Numbered from the stretch's first letter, positions 1 through 8,831 are shown. The stretch is DNA of 32,000 nt from Candidatus Baldrarchaeota archaeon (GCA_019056805.1 DXJG01000002.1:253103-285102); one strand, 5' to 3'. A program made the numbers and translations. Notes: a model not told the origin generated them from the sequence alone.

Positions 1-2850
1 GTAAAAAAATGTAAAGAAATTGCATTACATAATGCTAATCAATTATCAGAACAATTTAAAAACCTAGGAGTTTGGATGGACTGGGAAAATCCTTACCTAA
101 CATTGAAAGATGAATATATCGAATCTGCGTGGTGGTTAATTAAAAAAGCCTGGGAAAATAACTTACTATATCAAGGAGAGCGAGTAGTCCATTGGTGTCC
201 ACGTTGTGAAACAGTTTTATCAGGATATGAGGTTGCTCAAGAATATAGAGAAGTCTCGGACCCCTCAATCTACGTAAAATTTCCCGTAAAAGGAAAAGAC
301 AAGGAGTTTATCTTAATATGGACCACTACACCATGGACATTGCCAAGTAACACGGGAGTAATGGTCCATCCAGAGTTTACCTATGCCAGAGTTAAAGTAG
401 ATGACGAAGTTTATATTTTAGCCCTAGAACGTTGCGAAGAGGTCTTTAGGGAAGTAAACAAAGAATTTGAAGTTTTAGAGACATTTCCAGGACGAAAACT
501 AGAGGGATTAAAATATCTTCCTCCATTGCTTGAAGAAGTTCCTCTTCAGCGCAAATTACTTGAAGAAGGTAAAGCTTATCGCGTAGTTTTAAGTGAAGAA
601 TACGTTTCACTAGAAGAAGGTACTGGTTGTGTACATAGTGCTCCGGGTCATGGTGAAGAGGACTTTGAAGTCGGTTTAACTTACGGTTTACCTGCAGTAT
701 GCCCCGTAGACGGTAAAGGAGTATTTACCGAAGAAGCAGGTAAATATGCTGGTTTATTCGTAAAAGATGCAGACAAAAAAATAATTGAAGACTTGAAGAA
801 CAAGGGCCTTTTGCTATGGGCTGGCAAAGTCACACACCGTTATCCTCATTGCTGGCGATGTAAAACTCCTCTGCTCTTACGTCTAGCTAAACAATGGTTC
901 ATAAAAGTTTCAGCATTTAAAGACAAAATGTTGGAAGAAAATGAAAAAGTAAAATGGATTCCAGAATGGGCTGGTGCCAGTAGATTCAGAAACTGGTTGG
1001 AAAGTGCGAGAGATTGGGTTATATCAAGGCAAAGATACTGGGGTATACCCCTACCAATTTGGATATGCAACAAATGTGGAAAGAAAATGGTAATTGGATC
1101 GAAGGATGAACTACTCAAGATGGCAGTAAGTGTACCAAGCGAGTTTGAACTTCATAGACCATGGGTTGATGAAGTTATCTTAAACTGTGACTGTGGCGGT
1201 GAAATGAGACGTGTTCCAGATGTCATTGATGTATGGCTTGACTCAGGAATAGCATCCTTTGCATGTCTAGGTTATCCCTGCAAGGAAGAAGAGTTTAAAC
1301 AATGGTGGCCTGCTGATGTCGTTTTAGAAGGGCATGATCAAACTCGTGGTTGGTTCTACACACTCCTATGTACATCTATGATAGCTTTTGACCGAAGACC
1401 CTACGAAACTGTGGTAATGCATGGATTTACCTTGGACGCAGAAGGTAGAGAAATGCATAAAAGCCTAGGAAACTACATTGCACCCGAAGAAGTCATAGAA
1501 AAGTATGGAAGAGATCCCCTGCGCCTATATGAGCTCCAATGTACTTTTTGGGAAGATATACGCTTTAATTGGAACGGTGTAAAAGAAGCGCTCAGAGATT
1601 TAAACATATTATGGAACATATACGTTTTTGCATCAACTTACATGGAAATGGATAAATTCGATCCACTAAAACATTCACTAAGAGATCTCTTACCATTCAT
1701 GAAGATTGAAGATAGATGGATCCTTTCGAGACTACAAAACGTAATTGACAAAGTTACAAACTACATGGATGAATATCTATTTCACGAAGCCCTGAGGTTG
1801 CTTTTAGACTTCATACTAGAAGACGTCAGTAGATGGTATATCAGACTTGTTAGACGTAGAGTATGGATAGAAACCGAAGCTAAGGAAAAACTTGCGGCAT
1901 ACACAGTTCTATACACAGTTCTAAAGAACTGTTTACTTCTACTTGCACCCTTCATACCCTTTGCAACAGAAGCTCTATATCAAAGATTCGTTAAACCGGT
2001 TGAAAAAGATGCGCCAATAAGCGTTCATCTCTGTGACTGGCCGAAACCATCAAAAGAATTCATAGACGATAAACTTGAACAACAAGTAGTATTCGCAAGA
2101 GATATTGTTTCAGCAATCACACAAGCTAGACAATCTACCAAGCCACCAATAAAAATAAGACAACCTCTTAGCAAAGCTATCGTAGTAACAGATTCCCAAG
2201 AAGTTATCGAAACCGTCAAAAACCTTAAAGATCTAATAAAAGATCAAGCAAACATAAAAGAAATTACCGCTCTACATCTAAGCGAAGAAGAAAAATTCAG
2301 GAACGTCTATGTTGAACCTAACTTCGCTTCACTAGGACCAAAGTTTAAACAAAAAACAGCCAAAGTAGCAGAAATAATCAAAAAATTAGACGGAAGAGAA
2401 GTACTTAAATCAATCAACGAAAAGGGATTCTTTGAAATAATGATTGATAACGAGACAATCAAACTAACGAAAGATTATGTGAAATTTAGAGAAGAAATTT
2501 TAGAAGGATACGCAGTTGGAGAATTTCCGAAAGGCAGAGTATACTTGGACGTTACCGTGACAAGAGAGCTTAAAGCGGAGGGTTTGGCTAGAGAAGTAAT
2601 TAGAAGATTTCAAGAGATGAGAAAAGAAGCAAATCTTGAAGTAGAAGCAAAGATAGAAGCTTTTGTTAAATGCCCAGAGTATGAACAGGTCGAACTACTT
2701 AAAGATAGAAAAGAACTAATTATGAGAGAGGTACGAGCAAAGAAACTAGAGGTCATAGGACCAAGAGATGAAACACCGGAAGCATCACATGTTAAAAAAT
2801 GGGACATCGATGGAGAAACATATATAATGGGATTCAATCTCAAAACTTAA
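1..2850 (+). CDS. ileS: Isoleucyl-tRNA synthetase (5'-truncated by window edge)
   Basis: Frame is open from base 1 (VKKCKEIALH...). Motifs WTTTPWTLP, GTGCVHSAPGHG (CP1 editing), DWVISRQRYWG, EGHDQTRGWF and a KMSKS-equivalent EMHKS. Confidence 0.97.
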   Translation, partial: VKKCKEIALHNANQLSEQFKNLGVWMDWENPYLTLKDEYIESAWWLIKKAWENNLLYQGERVVHWCPRCETVLSGYEVAQEYREVSDPSIYVKFPVKGKDKEFILIWTTTPWTLPSNTGVMVHPEFTYARVKVDDEVYILALERCEEVFREVNKEFEVLETFPGRKLEGLKYLPPLLEEVPLQRKLLEEGKAYRVVLSEEYVSLEEGTGCVHSAPGHGEEDFEVGLTYGLPAVCPVDGKGVFTEEAGKYAGLFVKDADKKIIEDLKNKGLLLWAGKVTHRYPHCWRCKTPLLLRLAKQWFIKVSAFKDKMLEENEKVKWIPEWAGASRFRNWLESARDWVISRQRYWGIPLPIWICNKCGKKMVIGSKDELLKMAVSVPSEFELHRPWVDEVILNCDCGGEMRRVPDVIDVWLDSGIASFACLGYPCKEEEFKQWWPADVVLEGHDQTRGWFYTLLCTSMIAFDRRPYETVVMHGFTLDAEGREMHKSLGNYIAPEEVIEKYGRDPLRLYELQCTFWEDIRFNWNGVKEALRDLNILWNIYVFASTYMEMDKFDPLKHSLRDLLPFMKIEDRWILSRLQNVIDKVTNYMDEYLFHEALRLLLDFILEDVSRWYIRLVRRRVWIETEAKEKLAAYTVLYTVLKNCLLLLAPFIPFATEALYQRFVKPVEKDAPISVHLCDWPKPSKEFIDDKLEQQVVFARDIVSAITQARQSTKPPIKIRQPLSKAIVVTDSQEVIETVKNLKDLIKDQANIKEITALHLSEEEKFRNVYVEPNFASLGPKFKQKTAKVAEIIKKLDGREVLKSINEKGFFEIMIDNETIKLTKDYVKFREEILEGYAVGEFPKGRVYLDVTVTRELKAEGLAREVIRRFQEMRKEANLEVEAKIEAFVKCPEYEQVELLKDRKELIMREVRAKKLEVIGPRDETPEASHVKKWDIDGETYIMGFNLKT

Positions 2851-2892
2851 AACACAAACTTCTATTTCTTAATGCATTCATAAGAGGTGTGA

Positions 2893-3186
2893 ATGATGGA
2901 AAATGAATGTCTAATTGACGTTGAGAAACTAGCATCAAAAAGCGAAACATTAACAGATGAACTTGTAGAATTCTTAAAGTTAAAATTTCCAGAATCTGAA
3001 ATTGAAAAAGAAGGAAATAATATCATAGTTAGATCAGAAAGAGCGGTTTCGAAGAGAAAAATAAGATTGTACCTTAAAAAGTTTCTTCATAAAAACGAAT
3101 TAAGTGAAGAGTTTAAAGCCGTCTCGGGTGGAGGTAATAAATTAACTATACTTAAACTTGCTATAACTAAAGAAGAAACCGAATAA
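2893..3186 (+). CDS. rpl22e: Ribosomal protein eL22 (L22e)-like, eukaryotic signature protein
   Basis: IIVRSERAVSKRKIRLYLKKFLHKNEL aligns by eye with the eukaryotic eL22 core [27 protein letters not shown]. Acidic C-terminal tail; 97 aa. Confidence 0.8.
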   Translation: MMENECLIDVEKLASKSETLTDELVEFLKLKFPESEIEKEGNNIIVRSERAVSKRKIRLYLKKFLHKNELSEEFKAVSGGGNKLTILKLAITKEETE

Positions 3187-3233
3187 TCAAATATACTTAC
3201 TCCTTCTTGCGCACCAGAAATAATAGTATAGTA

Positions 3234-3294
3234 GATGTCAGAGTGAGCTGGTTCGTTCATCTGTTCTTACTCGTTGTTCGCTTCATCATCCAAC
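3234..3294 (-). ncRNA. Box C/D guide sRNA (dual guide, LSU rRNA peptidyl-transferase centre)
   Basis: Minus strand: C box ATGATGA (3289-3283), 12-nt guide AGCGAACAACGA, D' GTAA, C' ATGAAC, guide GAACCAGCTCACT, D box CTGA (3241-3238). Terminal stem GTTG/CATC. C-to-D span is 52 nt. Guides are antisense to GUUGUUCGC and GUGAGCUGG. Confidence 0.85.
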
Positions 3295-3501
3295 AAAAAT
3301 CTATTTCTTAACTAAATATGTTTTTCTATAAACCTTTTAATTAATAAAGTAAATTATAATCCTAGTTAATTGACAAAAACTTCTGACATAACCGTTAAAA
3401 CCCAAATTTATAACACTTTGCAACCCTAATGTTTGAGCTATATTAGTGTAACATCTTGAAAATACCACTTTTTATGTTCACATGAAAAATTAGAAACTTA
3501 G

Positions 3502-4017
3502 GTGTCGAAATTGTTTAGAGTTAAAGTTGTAGTTACAGGTCCATTTCGAAGCGGGAAAACCACTTTCATCAAATTAGCTACAAGTGGGCAATCTATACAC
3601 ATCGGGCACAAAGGAATAACAGTTGGCTTAGATTTCGGAACAATAAAATACGACGGAATGACAGTGCATCTCTTCGGTACACCTGGTTTAAATCGATTTT
3701 CGGTTATAAGAGACATTGTTGCAAAAGGAGCCCGCGGGTTTATCTTAGTTCTAGATAGCACTAATCCTAACTCGATACTAGAGGGTAGAGAGATTCTAAA
3801 AGAAATTTTAAAACTTAATGGAAACATACCATGCGTGATTTTAGCCAACAAACAAGATCTTCCAAATGCTATACCAATAGAGAAAATAAAATCACTATTT
3901 GCCAACTTTCCTGTTATCCCAGGAATATTAACAAAGGGAATCGGTATTAAAGAAAGCTTGGCCTTACTCCTATCACAAATAAATAAAATTAAAACAATGA
4001 TTTTAAATCAAGCATAA
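3502..4017 (+). CDS. Small GTPase, MglA/COG2229-like
   Basis: G1 GPFRSGKTT, G2 TVGLDFG, G3 LFGTPG, G4 NKQD. GTG start; 171 aa. Confidence 0.9.
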   Translation: MSKLFRVKVVVTGPFRSGKTTFIKLATSGQSIHIGHKGITVGLDFGTIKYDGMTVHLFGTPGLNRFSVIRDIVAKGARGFILVLDSTNPNSILEGREILKEILKLNGNIPCVILANKQDLPNAIPIEKIKSLFANFPVIPGILTKGIGIKESLALLLSQINKIKTMILNQA

Positions 4018-4210
4018 CATTTGTACCAATTGCTTTGAATAACTGGCAGTCTTTCAAAAAGATCTTTATAACTCACTCCGAGAAATAAATAAATCATATT
4101 TTATCGTAAAATTTTACACAAAATTTTACGACCACTCAACCACCGTAACAACACTTTTAAATTTTTAAATAACAACTTACGATTAAACTATATAAAACGT
4201 AAAATGCAAG

Positions 4211-4954
4211 GTGATGAAAGTGTTCGCACCACACACTGGCTATGATCAAGCAATAACGATTTTCTCACCGGATGGCCGTCTATTTCAAGTAGAATATGCT
4301 GTCGAGGCAGTAAGAAGGGGGACTTCAGCAATAGGAGTAAAGGTGAAGGATGGCGTAGTCCTAGCAGTCGAGAAAAGACTAACAAGCTCACTCATGGAAA
4401 TAAACTCCATATCCAAAATTTATGTTATTGATGAGCATGTAGGTGCTGCGATTGCAGGTCTTCATGCAGATGCAAGAAGACTCGTAGATTATGCAAGAGT
4501 ACAAGCACAAGTAAACAGACTATACTACGAAGAACCAATAACAATAGAACAGTTAACAAAAGCAGTCTGTGATTTAAAACAGAATTATACGCAGTTTGCT
4601 GGTGTCCGTCCTTTCGGCGTAGCTCTCTTAATTGCTGGAGTTGATATAACAGGCCCCCGCCTATTCTCAACACACCCCTCAGGAGCATACTGGGAATGGC
4701 AAGCCACAGCAATAGGAAGAAACGAGGAAAGAGCGCGAGAGTATCTAGAAAAGAATTATAAAAGCAATCTTACAATAAATCAAGCAACAAAACTCGCCAT
4801 CAACGCACTTAAAACAACAGTAGAAGAAGAACTTAAACCTGAGAATGTAGAAATAGCACAAACTTTAGTCAAAACAAAGAAGTTTGAAATCCTACCTATC
4901 AAAAAAGTAGAGGGAATACTTAAAGAAATTAAGAAAAACGAAAAGCAATCCTAA
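4211..4954 (+). CDS. psmA: Proteasome alpha subunit, paralogue 1
   Basis: GYDQAITIFSPDGRLFQVEYA alpha signature and RPFGVALLIAG. True start may be GTG 4220 (MFAPHTGYD), 5 nt after a GGTGA Shine-Dalgarno-like motif. Confidence 0.97.
   Translation: MMKVFAPHTGYDQAITIFSPDGRLFQVEYAVEAVRRGTSAIGVKVKDGVVLAVEKRLTSSLMEINSISKIYVIDEHVGAAIAGLHADARRLVDYARVQAQVNRLYYEEPITIEQLTKAVCDLKQNYTQFAGVRPFGVALLIAGVDITGPRLFSTHPSGAYWEWQATAIGRNEERAREYLEKNYKSNLTINQATKLAINALKTTVEEELKPENVEIAQTLVKTKKFEILPIKKVEGILKEIKKNEKQS
4414..4719 (+). repeat. 306-bp direct repeat, copy 1 (inside psmA paralogue 1)
   Basis: Base-by-base identical to 5300-5605 (caaaatttatgtt...gcaataggaag). Flanks diverge. Confidence 0.95.
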
Positions 4955-5087
4955 ACACTTTATTACAAAATATAAATTTAGTTTTTTGAATTTTACCTAT
5001 TTTAATGTCATCCTTGCATATATTAGCAATAACATTATCTTGTAACGTAAACCTTAATTACAGAGGCGCATACTTTTAAGTGGACAT

Positions 5088-5093
5088 AGGAGG
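5088..5093 (+). promoter_or_regulatory. Shine-Dalgarno for psmA paralogue 2
   Basis: AGGAGG about 10-12 nt upstream of TTG 5103/ATG 5106. Confidence 0.6.
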
Positions 5094-5102
5094 AATTCTA
5101 AT

Positions 5103-5819
5103 TTGATGCGTCTGCCAGGAATGGGATATGATCGTGCAATTACTGTTTTCTCGCCGGATGGCCGTCTATTTCAAGTAGAATATGCAATGGAAGCTGTAAG
5201 AAGAGGAACAACAGTTATAGGAGTAAAGGTGAAGGATGGCGTAGTTTTAGCTGCTGAAAAGAGGTTAACAACACCTCTTATGGATAGTGATACCGTAGAC
5301 AAAATTTATGTTATTGATGAGCATGTAGGTGCTGCGATTGCAGGTCTTCATGCAGATGCAAGAAGACTCGTAGATTATGCAAGAGTACAAGCACAAGTAA
5401 ACAGACTATACTACGAAGAACCAATAACAATAGAACAGTTAACAAAAGCAGTCTGTGATTTAAAACAGAATTATACGCAGTTTGCTGGTGTCCGTCCTTT
5501 CGGCGTAGCTCTCTTAATTGCTGGAGTTGATATAACAGGCCCCCGCCTATTCTCAACACACCCCTCAGGAGCATACTGGGAATGGCAAGCCACAGCAATA
5601 GGAAGGGGAGCTCAAAAAGTAAATGAGATACTAGAAAAAGAGTATAAAAGGGAACTTTCTCTTGAGGATGCCATAAAATTATCGATAAAATCATTAAAAG
5701 AGGTATCTGAAAAGAAACTTGAACCTGAAAACATAGAGCTGGCTGTAGTGAGCGTTAGCGACAAAAAAATCAAAAAACTAGAAAGAGATGAACTATTAAG
5801 ATTGTTATCGCTTCCTTAA
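5103..5819 (+). CDS. psmA: Proteasome alpha subunit, paralogue 2
   Basis: GYDRAITVFSPDGRLFQVEYA alpha signature; full alpha fold length. Confidence 0.97.
   Translation: MMRLPGMGYDRAITVFSPDGRLFQVEYAMEAVRRGTTVIGVKVKDGVVLAAEKRLTTPLMDSDTVDKIYVIDEHVGAAIAGLHADARRLVDYARVQAQVNRLYYEEPITIEQLTKAVCDLKQNYTQFAGVRPFGVALLIAGVDITGPRLFSTHPSGAYWEWQATAIGRGAQKVNEILEKEYKRELSLEDAIKLSIKSLKEVSEKKLEPENIELAVVSVSDKKIKKLERDELLRLLSLP
5300..5605 (+). repeat. 306-bp direct repeat, copy 2 (inside psmA paralogue 2)
   Basis: Identical to 4414-4719, offset 886 bp. Confidence 0.95.
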
Positions 5820-5864
5820 CACTAATTTTCATATAATATCTTTTTAAGCCTCGGAGGATCCTGG

Positions 5865-6554
5865 ATGGAATCAAGATTTAGTGAGGAGGACTGTTGGAAC
5901 ATCATTAGAACTTGTGAAGATGAAGGAGGAAGAATTCATAATGCTGCGCTCCACATAAAGATTAGAGAAGGAGATCCCTCATTTTTTACGATTACGAAAA
6001 AACTTTTAGATGAAGTTTTTGAGGAAAGAAGTGGAAGAATAATTATTCGCTGGGACAAATCGAAGAAACAGCCAGCAAACATTTGTGTTATAACAGTTAA
6101 TTTTAACCAAACCCCTTCCACGCATTTTGTGGCCATCGCACGAAAAATATACGAAATTTCAAGTTTTGCTACCTCAAGTACTGTCTCAGCAGATTGTACC
6201 ATATATTATGATTCAGAAAACAGATACATAGCTTTTAAAAACATACATTATCCACCTAGAAGCTTTAAATGTAATATAGTGGAAGGCCCAATAAAACCTT
6301 TCAAAGCAGTGACCCGGGATAACAAAACCTTCTTTTTTGAAACCTTAGATGAACTTGAAAAATTTTTGGAGGAAGTCCCACACATAAAAGCTTATACATG
6401 GGACTCAAAAACAAAGAAATGGGCACCATGGGCTCACATCGAAAGAGCAGAGGATAACTTAAAAGTAACAATTCCCACGGTTAAAGGAGTAATAAGAATC
6501 GATGTAGATCTTCATACAGGAAAAGTTAAGACAAAAAGACTGGAAAAAGGATAG
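5865..6554 (+). CDS. Hypothetical protein (229 aa)
   Basis: Long ORF with GGAGG upstream, co-oriented with psmA. No recognisable motif. Confidence 0.7.
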   Translation: MESRFSEEDCWNIIRTCEDEGGRIHNAALHIKIREGDPSFFTITKKLLDEVFEERSGRIIIRWDKSKKQPANICVITVNFNQTPSTHFVAIARKIYEISSFATSSTVSADCTIYYDSENRYIAFKNIHYPPRSFKCNIVEGPIKPFKAVTRDNKTFFFETLDELEKFLEEVPHIKAYTWDSKTKKWAPWAHIERAEDNLKVTIPTVKGVIRIDVDLHTGKVKTKRLEKG

Positions 6555-6556
6555 TT

Positions 6557-7441
6557 CTACTTTTTAATTTTACTAATAACAAGTTTTATTATTTTATCCG
6601 CAATATCAACTTTACTAACTTTTTGTAAACCATGCCAGGAAGGAGCAGCATTAACCTCGATGATCATCGGGCCTTCACTAGTCTCGATGATATCCACTCC
6701 AGCATAATCTAAACCTATAGCCTTAGCAGCCTTTATAGCTAATTCTTCCAATTCTTCTTCCAATTTTACAGCTTCAGCTCTCCCTCCAATGGATATATTT
6801 GTTTTCCATTCACCAGGAGGAGGATAACGATACATAGAAGCAACAACTTCATCACCAACAACAAAAGCTCTAATGTCTCGGTTAGGTTTCTCAACATATT
6901 CTTGAACATATAGAACGAGACCAAGAGTATACAAACTTTTCAAAACTCTGTAAGCTAAATCAAAATTATCGGTATGAATAACACCAAGTCCACGCGCACC
7001 AATTAAAGGTTTAATGACGACGCTGCCAAAAGTCCTAACAGCTCTTACGGCTGCATTTAAACTTTCTGTCACAATGGTTCGAGGAACACGTATACCCGCT
7101 TTCTTTAAAGTATAAAGAGTTGCATACTTATCTTTGGCACGTCTAAATGCGTAGGAACTATTAATCACAGGTATGCCGCAAAGCTCTAAATGTTCAAAGA
7201 AACTAACCCTAAAAGTTATTTGATCAGTTGTTCCAAAACCAAAAGTTCTAAGAAGAATGGCATTAACTTCATCAATCAATTTTAGACTACCAGAGGCAAG
7301 ACTTTCTTCTTCCATAATATTTGAAGTAATACTTCTTACAGGAATATAAATAGCTTCACATCCATTCTCTCTAATCGCTCTTTCTAGCTCTCTAAAAAGC
7401 CAATTATTCCTATTATGATAATAAACAATACCAATACGCAC
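6557..7441 (-). CDS. RimK/LysX/MptN-family ATP-grasp amino-acid ligase
   Basis: AKDKYAT, VIKPLIGARGLG, YVQEYVEK, DIRAFVVG, WKTNISIGG, YAGVDII, EVNAAP. Confidence 0.92.
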   Translation of the reverse strand: MRIGIVYYHNRNNWLFRELERAIRENGCEAIYIPVRSITSNIMEEESLASGSLKLIDEVNAILLRTFGFGTTDQITFRVSFFEHLELCGIPVINSSYAFRRAKDKYATLYTLKKAGIRVPRTIVTESLNAAVRAVRTFGSVVIKPLIGARGLGVIHTDNFDLAYRVLKSLYTLGLVLYVQEYVEKPNRDIRAFVVGDEVVASMYRYPPPGEWKTNISIGGRAEAVKLEEELEELAIKAAKAIGLDYAGVDIIETSEGPMIIEVNAAPSWHGLQKVSKVDIADKIIKLVISKIKK

Positions 7442-7452
7442 TTATAGCACCC

Positions 7453-8082
7453 CTAACTATTCCATGGAGTCTTTAAAAGAATAATCATATAAGGACGAAC
7501 ATCTTTCTTCATTTCAATAAATCCTTCACTTTTTAACTCCCTTAAACATTTTCTAATCTGTCCCTCAGAAACTCTTAATTTTTCGACAAGATCTCTTGTA
7601 GTTAAACTGCCACTCTCTTCCAAAACAGTCAAAATTCTATATTTTACATTTTTTGTCAATTCTTTCTTTATAAATTCCTGTAATCTTGCAGTTTTTTCAC
7701 GTAAAACCTCAACTTCCTTTCTCAAATCCTCAACAACGTTACCATGAGTGTCTAAAGCTTCAACACGTCTCTTTAAATCTTCGATAGTTGAGATATATTT
7801 CTCAATTAAAGCTTGAACATATTTAATAACCGATTTAGATAATTCAGAATGAAAATCAGCAAATTGACTTAAAACAATATCTTTAATATCCAAAAATGTA
7901 TCTTCTAAATTTAAAGACATAGGACTTTCTTTATAATTCTGCTGAGAAACATAATGATCCAAAACATGCTCAAGCTTCTTTTCCCATTTAGCGCGAAGGT
8001 CATACATGATCCCAAGAAGCCTTAAAACTACCCTTCTAGATTTCTTCCCAATATCCTCCTCTTCCATCATACACCACACCAT
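7453..8082 (-). CDS. Coiled-coil protein with C-terminal winged helix-turn-helix
   Basis: Heptad region IEDLKRRVEAL...LRKEVEVLREK, then ILTVLEESGSLTTRDLVEKLRVSEGQIRKCLRELKSEGFI (wHTH). Confidence 0.75.
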   Translation of the reverse strand: MVWCMMEEEDIGKKSRRVVLRLLGIMYDLRAKWEKKLEHVLDHYVSQQNYKESPMSLNLEDTFLDIKDIVLSQFADFHSELSKSVIKYVQALIEKYISTIEDLKRRVEALDTHGNVVEDLRKEVEVLREKTARLQEFIKKELTKNVKYRILTVLEESGSLTTRDLVEKLRVSEGQIRKCLRELKSEGFIEMKKDVRPYMIILLKTPWNS

Positions 8083-8114
8083 CTTATAAAACTAACAACA
8101 ATTCCTCTACATCA

Positions 8115-8831
8115 TTAAATAATCTTCCTCTGCCTAGGCAATGAAAACTTGTAAACACATAATTCATCCAAATAACCATCAAAATCCATCAAAAAAGAAT
8201 TTAATTTAAAGACAGGAGCAACTGGAACACCTAAATCAAACATAATTCTCTCTTGAAAAAGCGTGACCAAAAGAGGAACCAAAACGCATTCACCCCAATC
8301 TTCAATCCCCAAATTCAACAAGTATTTATCCAATACACTGCCAAAAAATTCAACTCTCTTAATATGTTTTTTCACGGCATTTCTCAAACCAGAAGCCTTA
8401 CCTGAACGAACACCCCAATGTTTAGCATCAAGACACAAAATAAACGGCTTACGCAAACCCAATATATCTATTTCACCTCTACCAGAACTATGTTTAAAAC
8501 GAAAATTCAAAAAGCACTTAAACCCGAAACTTTCAAGAACATTAGAACAAAAAACTTCAAACTCTTTCCAGGTCAATAAACGAGAAACTTTCTCAACATC
8601 ACAGCCTAAATTAACAGCAAGACACGCCAATCTCAATCTCTCTTCGTCGTTAACAACAAGCATTTTATCCCCAGTACTAATGATTTTCCCCTCTTCAATC
8701 AACTTATTAACAACTCTTCCCACCAAACTTGAAGCAAAACCGCTACATGTTGCAATATCCTCAATAGAAAACGTTTCAGCATCCTTTGAAAGTTTCAAGA
8801 TACAAAGTATAATTTCTCTTTCAAAAACCAT
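8115..8831 (-). CDS. wHTH + PD-(D/E)xK restriction-endonuclease-like protein
   Basis: N-terminal HTH pattern, WKEFEVFC, and EIDILG...CLDAKHW nuclease motif. Confidence 0.75.
   Translation of the reverse strand: MVFEREIILCILKLSKDAETFSIEDIATCSGFASSLVGRVVNKLIEEGKIISTGDKMLVVNDEERLRLACLAVNLGCDVEKVSRLLTWKEFEVFCSNVLESFGFKCFLNFRFKHSSGRGEIDILGLRKPFILCLDAKHWGVRSGKASGLRNAVKKHIKRVEFFGSVLDKYLLNLGIEDWGECVLVPLLVTLFQERIMFDLGVPVAPVFKLNSFLMDFDGYLDELCVYKFSLPRQRKII

Noticed and set aside
4425-5694. Two similar antisense ORFs (4425-4712 and 5311-5694)
   Set aside because: They are shadows of the duplicated psmA tract on the opposite strand.
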